Shown here one piece after another: positions 37,566-50,084 of a stretch of 64,000 bases of DNA. Below the pieces are notes generated by a model that saw only the letters and a program-made list of their open reading frames with translations, was not told the origin of the DNA and did not search any database. Within the stretch, counting starts at the first letter, position 1. The number at the start of each line of letters is the position of its first letter. Made by a program: the position numbers and the translations under genes. The stretch is from positions 67,704,001-67,768,000 of the forward strand of contig JBITNC010000001.1 of assembly GCA_050084985.1 (NCBI GenBank), in the 5' to 3' direction. Origin of the DNA: Nageia nagi (lineage: Eukaryota > Plantae > Pinophyta).

Positions 37566-40500
37566 TATTCAAGAGTGGGAACTAGTGCTATTGTTACATG
37601 TTGGAGCATGGATCTTATTGTATGATTGTGCTAATTATGTTTTAAGTGCATTTTCATAGTTAGTAGGTTGTATAGTAAGGAAGAACATGGATTAAGTCAA
37701 AAAATATTCCATATAATCTTCAACCTTTCAAAGTATGAAGATTATAAGTAAAATTGGTTGAATTCATGTATGATAAAAAATGTAATTTGAAAATTCATTT
37801 ATGACTTCTTGATTAATAATGGGTTTATGGAACTTTATGGATCATTATATCTTATGAAAATTTTGTGAAGCAAGTAGTTAGTTAATGTAAATGATATCTT
37901 GTACCCTATGTAATTGATAATCAATGATTTTGTGAATTGTTATGATATTTTCCCAATTGTACTTATTTTGACCAAAAGTTCCAATTTTAATGGAAATAAA
38001 ATGCTTTTGGTTTTTTATTTTTTATTTTGCAAGTTCTAGTTGATCATGTACCCTAGAAAAAAACTATTGATACTCTTTATGGATCCCAATAGCCCTCTCA
38101 CAATTGGGGTTTTCCATTTCAAGACCAATTAGCATTTCTATAGAGGGGTGACTTAGTAATTAATAGCTTATCCTTGGATGATACGCTTAATTGGGTAATG
38201 TACAATAGTAAAGCTTTATTTAAAATAATTTTGTTAGGATAATTCACTATTAAAAAGTTAAAACCTTATTAAGATGCTAACTAACAGAGCTAAGCTATTT
38301 GTTACTTGCTTATCATTATTTTACATAGTGTGAATGAGCTAGGTATCATCTTCACTACGAGAAATGTATTTTTTCAATTGATGGTCATTTATATATCCTA
38401 GATGGATGTCTACATCTTGTGTTTAGATTCATACAATTCATTCTCCCTTTATGCTCTTTATTATGTAGGGTCCTATCCATCTCATTCTTAATTTATTAGG
38501 TTTATATTTATAACCACTATCATATAGGAATACTTGGTCATTAATTTGGAATTGCTTTTATTTTATATGATGACCTTGCCAAGGCTTCTAGTATTTTTTT
38601 CTTATATCTAATTACACATGTCTATTTTATAATTTTTGTCTAATTTATCTAATTTGAAAAGCCTCTCTTCTAGTGATTCACGATTGTCTAGACAAGTCTT
38701 TATGGTGATTCTTAATGAAGGTACTTAGAATTACATCAAAAGGGTAGCTTCCATACCAAATACCAACTCAAATGGGATTTTCATGGTTGCTCTTTTGTAG
38801 TTAGTTTGGTATTCCCATAGGAAATTCAATATCTTATCTTCCCAATCTGATATTCCTATGCTAATAATTTTAGTTAAAGTTATTTCTAGTACTTTATTTA
38901 GGGATTCAAAAGCTCCATTGGCTTGATGATTATATGGCAAAATTCTCCCATGTTGTATCATGAATTTTTTCAAGAGTTCATTAATTGTTAGGTTAATGAA
39001 GTGCTTATCCTAATTTCTAATAATATCTTAAGGGAACCCATATCTATTTATGATGTTCTCATATATGAATTTCATTATTATATATATGAAATAATATTTT
39101 TTAGGGATTGCTTCTACCCATATTATTAGGTACTCAATCCCAATAATGATATAGTGAGCCCTCATTTGTTTTCCTAGTGGTGATATTGGTCCAACAAAAT
39201 TGATCTCCCATTTCTCAAAAGGGAGTAAAGGTAGTACTAGTTGTAAGGGTAGTTTGTCTATAGAAGAGGGTTATCCAATTCGTTGGTATACATCACAACT
39301 TATAGCAAATTTTAGAGCATCCTAGTACAAATAAGGCCACCAAAATTGGGATTGTAATACCTTATTACTAGTATATTTTCCATTAAAATGATTTCTAATA
39401 ACTCGCTCATGTTCCTCTATAAAATATCTTCCCGTTCATGTGGAAGAAAAACTTTTATGATCACTTCCTCCATCCCTATTTTGTATAGTATTATATCAAT
39501 TATGGTAAATGTCATAAAACAAATTAATATTTACTATCTTTCTTTAGTTGATAGCCATTATAGAAATTATCTTAATGTTAAGAAAGCTACAATATCTTCT
39601 AATTCATCTAGTGCAACTTGAATGTGGAATATATGTGTATCAGGTAAATCATATTCTATCTTATAGGTTTCACCATTTTTTTATTCTTGATAACATGTCT
39701 AGTACATTATTTAAGTTAATAGGTTTAATAATAATGTTCAAATGGAATTCTTGAAATAATAATAACCACCAACAAATTCATCCTTGAATCATCAATTTGT
39801 TCAATAGGTAATGAAGTGCTTCATGATTGGTAAAAAAATACAAAAATGATCATTAATAGGTAGTGGATAAATTTTTGAAGGGCATATACCATTGCTAAGG
39901 CTTCTTATTCAGTGATGGTGTAGTTCTTTTCAGTAATGGCCATATTTTATTTGGAAAAATATATTGTATGGTCAATATTTTTGTCACTAAGTTAAGCTAA
40001 GACTATGCCTATGGCTATGACATTGGCATCTACATGAATGTGGAATTCCTTCATCCAATAAAGGAAAATAAGGGTCAAGATTTTTGGTAATTTTGTATTA
40101 AGTAGCTCGAAGTTCTCTTGCTATTCAAGTGACCAATATAATGTGTAGTTTTTCTTTATCAATTCATTGAGGGGGGTAGCTAAAATAGCACAATATTTAA
40201 TGAACTTGTATGATAGTACCTAGTGGATCCTAGAAACCTCTTTACTTCTTTAATGGTTGGAGTTGGGGGTAAGTTGAGTAGTATCTCTACCTTCGTAGGG
40301 TCAACCATTAGTCCTTCTTTGAAGATGATATATCCAATTATGACTCCATGTGGAGTGGAAAATAAATATTTTTTGAGTTTAAGGATAATTTGTATGTGAA
40401 GATATCTTTCAAACATCAAACATAATACCTAATAATGATTTTCAAGATCCCAAATACTTTACATTCATCTAACTAAACCTCAAGGAAGTCATGAATGAAA

Positions 40501-43331
40501 TTTGTAAAAGCATTTACCATTATTCAAGAGAAAATAATGGGGCTATTTTTCAATACAAAAGAAATTATGTTATACATGTATGACCCCCATTCAGTTTTAA
40601 AAGTGGTATTTGGGTAATATTCTTTAGCTATTTTCACTTAATGGTATCCCGAGAATCCATCCATGAAGGAATAGATTTCTTGAAGGGTGTTGGAAATAGA
40701 TCATGTTCATAGGCTTTATTTATTTTCAAAAATCAATACAAATTTTGATATTGTTCCTTTTCTTATATTGTACTACCATTGGGCTAATCCATTTGGTATT
40801 ATCTACTGGAGAAATAATCCTAACTTCAACCATCCTATCAATTCCTTCTTTTACCTTGTGTTTAATGTTGGGTTTTAGATGATAGGGTCATTTTTTTCTA
40901 GGTTTCCATTTAGGTTTCAACCTTATTTGCATGATTTGAACCTCCTCTTTTATTCCCTTTAGTTTTGTATAGTCTTTAAGGAATAATTATTAATACTCAA
41001 CTAGGATGTTGGCTATTTTATTATCTTCTTCCTCAATCCAATAGTCATCGAGGGATGCTATCTTGGGGTCTTAATCAATACCAATATTAATTTATTTTGT
41101 CTTTAATTCATGGACATATTGGAAGATCTTATCTTTCTCAATAATCACATCTCAAGTTCCTTACTCTACTTCATACTTGAGATTTTTAGGTTTTTCTTCT
41201 AGTTCATCTTCATTGGGTTAATTCTTCCATTTAGTCTTAGCAACCATTCGTAAAGGTAATATTAGGTTAGAATATAATAAGGATAACCCTTATTTTGGCA
41301 TATGGATATCATCAAACTTGATTTTGATATCCAAGGCAAGGGTAAATAAGAAATTTTAAATTGCCAACAATTTATTTCTAATTCAAGAGTTAACATTATA
41401 GAAATACAAAGTTCGAGCGAAGTTATTTTATAGGGTGTTTTAGTAACTAGTATCTTTGCATAGTTCTTGGTGGCTATACCAAGTTTGAGAGATTTTTCCT
41501 AAATTCCAATAGAGTATTTGAACCCATTTTAGAGGTTCTTTAAGGTCCTAATTTTCCCATTCTAGTCTACACTCTTGTAAGTGTTCAATGGGGCTACTAT
41601 CTCCTCAATATCACTTCAATGGTGTTGTTACCATTTATGGATGTTCAAATCATAGTTTCAAGTATTCCTTTATCTGGTAACAAAGTGTAAGGGAATGCTT
41701 ATGAGTATTTCACCAACAAGAAACCATAACTTGGAGTGTTTTGTCTAATACTTCTATTTAGCTTTGTTCATTATTAAAAAGATTTTCCAACTATTGAAGG
41801 ATGTTGGGAAGAGGAGACATCCTATTATATTTAGGAAGTGATTCCTAGGCATGAGTTTTATTAATTACACATACCTAATGATGTAAAATATAGGCTCACT
41901 AAGTCAGTTGTTTGTAGTCTCTAGTATTTCAAAATAGGCATATTATTTTTAAATCCTCTTCTAATCCACCACTATGCAATAGTATTTGACCTTCATATAT
42001 AGGGATAACATATTCCTTAAATCCATTAAACTCTTCTATAGCTATCATGACGAAAATTTTTCCTATCCACATAGAATCATTACTATGTGATGAAGTTGAA
42101 TCGCTATTAGAGTTGTGGTATTCCAAGTAGGCATACATCCTACCTTTATCTAAGGGGACATGTTCTTGACATTCATCATTCATAATAATTACTTATTGGT
42201 TTTTATTTTTGATAACCCCTTTGTTGTTGAAAAATCATTCTGGATCCAATATAGTCATATATGTGAAAACATCACCAGCCATAATGATTATCTTAAAATC
42301 AACCCATGATGTAATTCCCATGAAAGATATGGTAGCATCCTTTAGTATTCCTTTGGGTTTAATGAGGGTTCCATCTACCATGGAAAAACTTTGGATCATC
42401 AATATCAATGGTGGTCTTCCTAGTTTTGTTTAAGTATTGGTTAGCATTACATTAATATATGCACCCAAATCCACCATCATATTCTTTGCAATCCTCCCAT
42501 TATTCCTAATGTGAATCATAATAGGGTATTTTTTCCAATTATTTTTGTGTTTGGTAGTGAGTACTATGTTAGTATTATGATAAATTTTATTCTAATATAT
42601 AGTGATCTATTTAAAATTTACTAGTATATTCTCTTCTTAAATCAGTTTGCAAAGTTCTTCTAGGAACTAAATTTAATGAGTGGTAAGGTTTGTTGATTCT
42701 ATTGATTTGATAATAGTTTTCATATTCTGTAATGTATCTATTAAATCCCCATCCCTTTTAGTGATCTTATGATGTTCATTGAGATATGGATATTGATCCT
42801 CAAGAATTATCTCCTAGATGAGTGATTGATTGAATCCTACTCTTTTATTTTGGGATCTTGTGGTAACATTTTTCATAGGTTTTTTTTATTTTAAATCTTT
42901 TGATAAATGAGTGTGATATGAGATGTGGTGATTTATTTTTCTTTATTAAGGATATGATATCCAATGATATTCAATGATCCTCCCTTAGAAATTATTAGTT
43001 TCTTAGTTATCATTGGTATCCTTCACAAGGTATTTATGTTATGTGCAGAAGGATTTGATCCTCTTGATGCATCTAATCCAATCTATTTTTATTTTTCTAG
43101 TATGTCACTTAGTATTTTGGGGTAATTTTCATAACTATGATCATTTTATTATTTATAATAATGACATCTAATGAATTGCCTAGGTTGTATACAGTCATAT
43201 TATCTATGATAAGGATCATTGTAGTTATAGCACTACTTAGGGGTCCCCTTCCTTAGTTATTGTATCCCCCTCTATATCCATTAGGGTATCCTCCTCAGCC
43301 TCTTTTTCCATTATTATTTGTATATTAGTTT

Positions 43332-43738
43332 TGAAGTTCTTTAACTATAACAAAAAAAAAATGAATTGCCTAACAATTCACAATACAACTCAGAAAAATG
43401 AAATTGCACAACTCAACAACAATGGAGAACTAAAATTGAATCCAACACCAAATTGATTATTGAGAATGCAAGCTACAACTCCAATACAACTCCACACACT
43501 TCGATGAAACTATAAAATAGATTACAAACATTTATAGAGGTTGTATTCGACCTTTACCCTTCATCCTAGAAGCTAAAACACTAAGAAACATGAACTGGAA
43601 AGCCACAGGAAGGAAAAATGACATACACAGAAAATAGAACTAGCCGGCAGGCTGGCTGCTTAGCCAAGTGGCCGGTTCACTTATTCTAGCCGGTTGGTCG
43701 GTTACAGGTAGCTGGTCAGTTGGTCTTCAAATTCTTCA
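43332..43738 (-). repeat. 3' LTR of the 5.1-kb Copia
   Basis: tgaagttc...ttcttca; ~22 substitutions plus one 2-bp indel versus the 5' LTR (hand count). Confidence 0.97.
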
Positions 43739-46700
43739 TACTCCCCCTTGCTGGTAAGAGGACTAACAATCAAGTCTCTTAACAGCACAAATTGAGATTT
43801 TGCCATCGATTTTGTGAAGATATCCGCCACTTGGTCTTGTGTTGGACAATACCTCAATTTTATCATTCCTTTCTCCACCAAATCTCGAATGAAATGAGTC
43901 TTCAAATCAAAGTGCTTGGTTCTAAAATGGTGGATAGGATTGTGTGCCAACTTGATGGCACTTTGGTTGTCACAAAAAATTGTTGTTTCTTGAGTTTGCT
44001 CCTCTCTAATTTCTTTCAACACTTTTCTCAACCATAGTGCTTGTGTTGAAGCACTTGTCACAGCCACATACTCAACTTCTGTACTAGAAAGAGCTACTGT
44101 AGATTGTTTTTGAGACCTCCATGATATCAAACCTGATCCAAGAGAGAAACAATTCCCACTTGTGCTCTTTCTATCATCCAAATCGTTGCCCTAATCACTA
44201 TCACTAAAACCTATGAGTTGGAGCTTGGAATCACATGTATAATGTATTCCATAATCAATGGTTCCCTTCACATACCTTAGTATTCTTTTCGCTACCTTGA
44301 GATGTACAGTAGATGGATCACTCATGTATCTTGCCACCAAAGATACACTAAATTGCAAATCCGGTCTTGTGTTTGTCAAAAACATAAGACTACCAACAAT
44401 GCTCCTATATTGCTTTTTGTCAACTTTTGGTTCTCCATCCTCCTTGCAAAGGTGTTCTCCATGGGCTTTAGGTGTTGCTACAGGTGTGCAATTGTCCATT
44501 TTGAATCTTTTTAGCATGTCTCTTTCATATTTGGATTGAGACACAAAGATTTCATCTTGCATTTGATGCACCTCCAAGCCAAGAAAGTAGCTCATCAAAC
44601 CAAGATATTTCATGTCAAACTCAGCCATCATATGAGTTTTGAACTCTTCATTCATCTTCTTATTGCTGCCCATGAATATCAAATCATCTACATACAAGCA
44701 AACAATCAATATATCAGTAGCACTTTTCTTAAAATATAAGGTAGGTTCACTTACACTTCTTTGAAAACCCACACTTTTGAAGTATTCATCAATTCTTGTA
44801 TACCAAGCTCTTGGAGCTTGCTTCAGCCCATATAGTGCCTTCTTAAGCTTGTATACATGGTCTTCTCTTCCTGAAACCTCAAAACCTTGAGGTTGTGCTA
44901 CATACACCTCTTCATTGATGTCACCATTCAAAAACACACTTTTCACATCCATGTGTTGGACTATCCAAACCTTACTTGCTGCCAAAGAGAGTGCCAATCT
45001 TATTGTTCTTGTCTTGCAACCGGTGCAAATGTCTCCTCAAAATCCACTCCATACTGCTGAGTGAATCCCTTTGCCAATAGCCTTGCTTTGTACCTCTCAA
45101 CACTATCATCACTCTTGCATTTTGTTTTGTACACCCATTTGGAACCAACCATTTTCTTACCTTTGGGCAACTTGCAAAGTTCCCAAGTATCATTTCTTTC
45201 AATAGCATCAATCTCTTCTTTCATAGCTTGCATCCAAACACCATTAGAACAAGCTTCTTCATAACAAGATGGCTCAACAACAGCAATATTTGTATTTGAA
45301 ATAGAATTTGAAACACAAGAAAGAGCATAATTTACCACTTCACCTTTGGGCTCTCCATTGTCTTCATCTCCATATATGTGCATGCTCTCTAATCTTGCAA
45401 CAAGATTTTGCATCTCTTGAGTTTGGCTCCTTGTGAATCTTCTCATAGAGTTGCCATCTATGATTTGGCTTTCCAGATGATCCCTCAACCATCTCTTACC
45501 TTTGTTACCTTGGTTCAACAATCTTGCATTGGGTGAACTTGGTGCACTTACACTTTTTGGTGATGTGTTGGAGCTAGATGATGATGTTGGTGAGCTTGGA
45601 GTACTCACACTTGATGGCTGTTCCTCATTTTTCTTCCTCACACCATGGCTGGGCTGCACTTTCAATGCTTCATTCTCCTCCAAACTATCTCCTCCAAACA
45701 CATTCTGCTGCAATTTTTTATGGCTGTTGTACTCTCCCCCTTCATCAAAAATTGCATTCTTGATACAATTGTTTTGTGGCTCTTGGGAGTATAGAATTTG
45801 TAAGCTTTTGAATGCTCACAATATCCTATAAACACACATGGTTCAGATTTGGCATCTAGTTTCTTCCTTCTTTCATCATTGATGTGCACATATGCAAGGC
45901 ATCCAAACACTTTTAAGTGTTCTAAATTTGGTTTTCTCTCAAACCAAGCTTCATAGGGAGTTATTTTGTCCAAGCTTCTTGTAGGAGATCGGTTCAAAAT
46001 ATACACTGCTATTTTAATTGCTTCAGCCCAATAAACATTGGGCAACTTCTTGCTTTGCAACATACTCCTTGCCATCTCAACAAGAGTCCTATTTTTCCTT
46101 TCTGCTACACCATTTTGTTGTGGTGTGTAGGGAGAAGTAAGGTGTCTCCTAATACCATTCTCTTTACAAAATTGAAAGAACTCACTACTGCAATATTCTC
46201 CTCCTCTATCACTTCTTAAGCACTTCACACTATGCTCACTTTGTTTCTCAACTAGCAATTTAAATTCTTTAAAACATTTCAATGCTTCATCTTTGCTTGA
46301 GATAAAATAAACCCAACACATTCTTGTAAAATCATCACTGAAAGTGATAAAGTAAGTAGATTTACCAAAGCTTGCTGTTTGCATAGGCCCACAAATATCA
46401 GTATGGACCAATTGGAGAGGGTGTTTGGCTCTCCATGCTTCATCCTTTGGAAACTTCCCCCTTGCTTGCTTGCCTAGTGCACATCCTTCACACACATCCT
46501 TGCATTCTTCTAGTTTTGGCAGCCCTCTAACCATTTCTAGAAGAGCTTTCAAGCTCCCAAAATTCAAGTGTCCAAGCCTCATATGCCAAAGCTTGCTTTT
46601 ATCCTCAATCCCAACAAAAACACAGCCACCATTTTTCTCAAAAAATTTAATGGGAAAGAGTTTATTTTCAGTCATTTGAACAGTAGTTACTAGCCTTCCT

Positions 46701-48007
46701 CCATGATTTTTATCATAAATTTTGCACATTCTATCTTCAAATACCAATTTGTAATTTTTCTCAAGCATTTGGCCAATACTCAATAAAATTTGTTTTAAAT
46801 CCGGAGTGTAGTAAATGTTCTTTACCTTCATGGTTCCTTATTTTTTTGGAACTTGCATCTCTCCTTTGCCAAGTATCTCCAACCTCTTCTCATTTCCCAA
46901 CCACACACTGGATTTGTAGGAATGATCAACTGCTGAAAGTAAAGATTTCTCACCGGTCATGTGGTTTGAGCAGCCACTATCTAACAGCCAAGTCTCTTCT
47001 CCAAGTTTTTCACAATCCATCATTGATAAGAGCAATTATTCTTCACCATAACCATGTTCTTCTTCTCCATAGTTTGCAACCTTCCCTTCATTTGCTTGTT
47101 TTGATCTACATTCATACTCAAAATGGCCAAATTTATTACAATAAAAACATTGCATATTCCTCTTATCCTTACCTCTACCGGTTCCTCTTCCGAAGTGTCT
47201 CCCCCTTGATGATGAAGCTGGTTCACTTTCATAATTCTGCTCTCTTCCTCTACCTCTTCCAAACGAACCTCTTCTTCCTCCTCTTTTGATTCTGCCTCCT
47301 CTTCCTCTTTCACCTCTCCCTTGTCCTCTTCGTTGTCCTTCATTCTCTTTGATAGAGAATGCTTGATCATCACTATTGCTTGTTCCAGCCTTTGTCCTCT
47401 TTGTCATCCTCTCTTCATGAGATGTGAGAGAGCCAATCAAATTGTCAATTTTCAAGGATGAGAGGTCTTTTGTTTCTTCAATTATGAGTGCAGCATGGTC
47501 AAATTTTTTGGTTAAGGTTCTCAAAACCTTCTTGATGACAACCTCCTTTTCAGTCTTCTCTCCAAGAGTGGCCATCTTATTGACTATGGCTTTCACTCTC
47601 ACACAATAATCTCCAGCAGTCTCCTTCTCCTCTTGCTTCATATTTTCAAACTCCCTTCTCAATGTTTGGAGTTTTACTTCCTTCACCTTGAGGCTCCCTT
47701 GATAGCCTTCTCTCAAGACTGCCCATGATTCTTGGGTTGAGACACATGCTGAGATTTGTGGGAAGATGCTCCTATCTAAGGTTGCTTGTATGAAGGATAG
47801 AGCCATGGAGTTTTGTCTCTCATTCTCCTTTGCTTCCTTCTTTGCATCCACACTCAATGCACTCCAATCTGCTGGTTTAGTGTAGCCAGCCACTACAATG
47901 TCCCAATATCCTTTGTTGGTCAGTAGAGTCTTCATTTGAACACTCCAATATTCATAGTCTGCTCCATCAAACTCTGGAATGATGATTGAGTTGGAGTTGC
48001 TTGCCAT
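43702..48007 (-). pseudogene. Copia gag-pol polyprotein, disrupted by about five lesions
   Basis: Gag FDGADYEYWSVQMK plus UBN2-type domain, CCHC CFYCNKFGHFEYEC, protease WLLDSGCSNHM, GAG-pre-integrase LWHMRLGH, integrase HTDICGP/SDRGGEY/NGVAERKN, RT YVDDL, RNase H QVADIFTK; stops near 47036, 46838 and 44191, frameshifts near 45760 and 45000. Confidence 0.96.
43739..43750 (-). other. Polypurine tract
   Basis: Minus strand caagggggagta immediately before the 3' LTR. Confidence 0.9.
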
Positions 48008-48042
48008 GTCTTCACTTCTTGAACCCAAATTGATCCAACCTT

Positions 48043-48054
48043 GCTCTGATACCA
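48043..48054 (-). other. Primer-binding site, initiator tRNA-Met
   Basis: Minus strand TGGTATCAGAGC, 2 nt from the 5' LTR. Confidence 0.95.
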
Positions 48055-48056
48055 AA

Positions 48057-48461
48057 TGAAGTTCTTTAACTATAACAAAAAAAAAATGAATTGCCTAACA
48101 ATTCACAATACAACTTAGAAAAATGAAATTGCACAACTCAAAAACAATGGAGAACTAAAATTGAATCCAACACCAAATTGATTATTGAGAATGCAAGCTA
48201 CAACTCCAATACAACTCCACACACTTCGATGAAACTGCAAAATACATTACAAACATTGATAGAGGTCGTAGTCGACCTTTACCCTTTAGCCTAGAAGCTG
48301 AAACCAAGAAACATGAACTAGAAAGCCACAGGAAGGAAAAATGACATACACAGAAAATAGAACTAGCCGGTAGGCTGACTACTTAGCCGAGTGGTCGGTT
48401 CACTTATTCTAGCTGGTTGGCCGGTTACAGGTAGCCGGTCGGTTGGTCTTCAAATTCTTCA
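48057..48461 (-). repeat. 5' LTR of the 5.1-kb Copia
   Basis: TG...CA termini, adjacent PBS, followed by TSD AGTTT. Confidence 0.97.
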
Positions 48462-50084
48462 AGTTTTCATTTGATTTGTTATATGATCACTGATGTGGGA
48501 TAATAGTTTGTGTCATTGCAACCATAGGAACATATGTTATACCATCATCATCAAAAAAAGATTATTTAGGGTTATTGATGGATCACATAAGCCTTAGGAC
48601 TATTTCAGAGATTGTATTCTATATCATCTAGAAGTCCTTTTCCTCAATAGTGTTTAGTCCAATGGTTCATCAACCCATAAGTATGGCAGCTCAATCCTAG
48701 GTGGTTAGTCATACCTCATCATCTTATGGATTCTATTTGATATTATGGGGTAGTATGGTTACCCATTATGCAAAAATGGATATAGTAGTCCCCTACAAGT
48801 TTTTTATAAGCAAGAAATGATATATATTTCTTTACAACATATCTAAAATCTATTTTTTCCTTAATGTCATCATCAATTTTTAGTAGGCCTTCTAGTTGCT
48901 AGGGTTGAGGTTCAATTTTTATGATAACTTGTAGTGCTTCAATGTATGTGGTGTATCTTTTCTCCATAGCTTGTCTAATCATTGGTATTAATCTTGAGAT
49001 AAACTATTTTAACTTTTGGTATTCTACTAAAGGTTCCTATAATTTTTTGTTATGTTGCTTTAAATTGCTTATCATATTCATGTATGGATTTCTTAGGTTC
49101 TTGTACCAGTTCCCTCATTTTACTAATGCTTTCCAATATTGATTTTATAAAGTGGTATTCTTCCTTAAAAGTAGCTTTGATTTTATCCCAAGTCTAAGTG
49201 CCATTGTTGGGTTCTTTCTCTTGAAATATTACTAGCCAATCAAGAACATCATTCCTTATCATGAATATAAAATAAATGATTTTATCATCATATTTCATAA
49301 CATTCTTACTCTCATTCTCTAGTATGTATATGTACTCATTTGTGTCCTAAGTATTCTTTTGAAAAATATTTAACTTGGTATTGGCTACAAAGTTATTTTC
49401 TATTGCCATGTTATTTTGACTTTAGGTTTGGTTATTCTTGGATCAATCTCCTCATCATTGATGTCTACTATTGGTTCATCATCTATCTTTTCCTACTTCT
49501 ATATCAAAGTAATGCTCTCCTAATATTAAGAATATCTTTGAACATTGGTTCTCTAACTTTCCTTTCTATACTAGCTAAAGTACTAGGCTTCATTTTTCTC
49601 CTATTTATTGACAAAGCTACTAGGTAATCAGTATGTGTAAGGGGTGGAGGAATCCAAAATTGAATGAGCTTTTGAAAGGGAACTTCAATTGTGTTGTTAA
49701 GGTTATATCTCCAATGGTACTCACTATATTTCTTCTAGGTTCTACATCTGACACCTATCTTTCCTTTGATTTTCATAAAGTATTTATTAGTTCGAGTCAT
49801 TTGCTTTGTTCAATCCTTGAATAACCCATTGCATCTAAAATTCAATTGGTGGATTTTCCCATTATGTTAAGAGGCCATGGGAAGGTTAATGATTCTCTAG
49901 TTCACTACTATAAATTATTCCTACTCTTTCTCCTACATTTATTCCTACAGGGGATCCTAAATTTGTTTGTTATCCTGATTCATTTTTTTGGTTTCTCCTA
50001 AATATATTAGTAATAGTTTTGGTAGATATTCCTATTAAATAGAAATATACTTCCAATAGTTTTTTGAGACAACTATTTTCTAGT

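Larger units (their letters stand above)
43332..48461 (-). mobile_element. Full-length 5.13-kb Ty1/Copia element (Ivana/Ale-like by size and gag type; lineage inferred)
   Basis: TG...CA LTRs of 407 and 405 bp, TSD AGTTT (43327-43331 and 48462-48466), perfect Met PBS, PPT, nearly open gag-pol; empty site in paralog A at ~17160-17165. Confidence 0.97.
38088..50080 (-). mobile_element. Degenerate Ty3/Gypsy retrotransposon, copy B (gag-PR-RT-RNaseH-INT), interrupted by an intact-structure Copia
   Basis: Integrase (PYNHQANGAFESLNKVL...PFELVFG, 38731-38973), RT (GLMVDPTKV...EVKRFLGSTRYY, 40180-40419), decayed protease region (~42300-42550), gag (~48500-49350); PPT-like gagagggcta+TG on the minus strand at ~38087-38099. 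Confidence 0.88.

Noticed and set aside
43792-47609. Plus-strand ORFs overlapping the Copia
   Set aside because: Antisense shadows of gag-pol.
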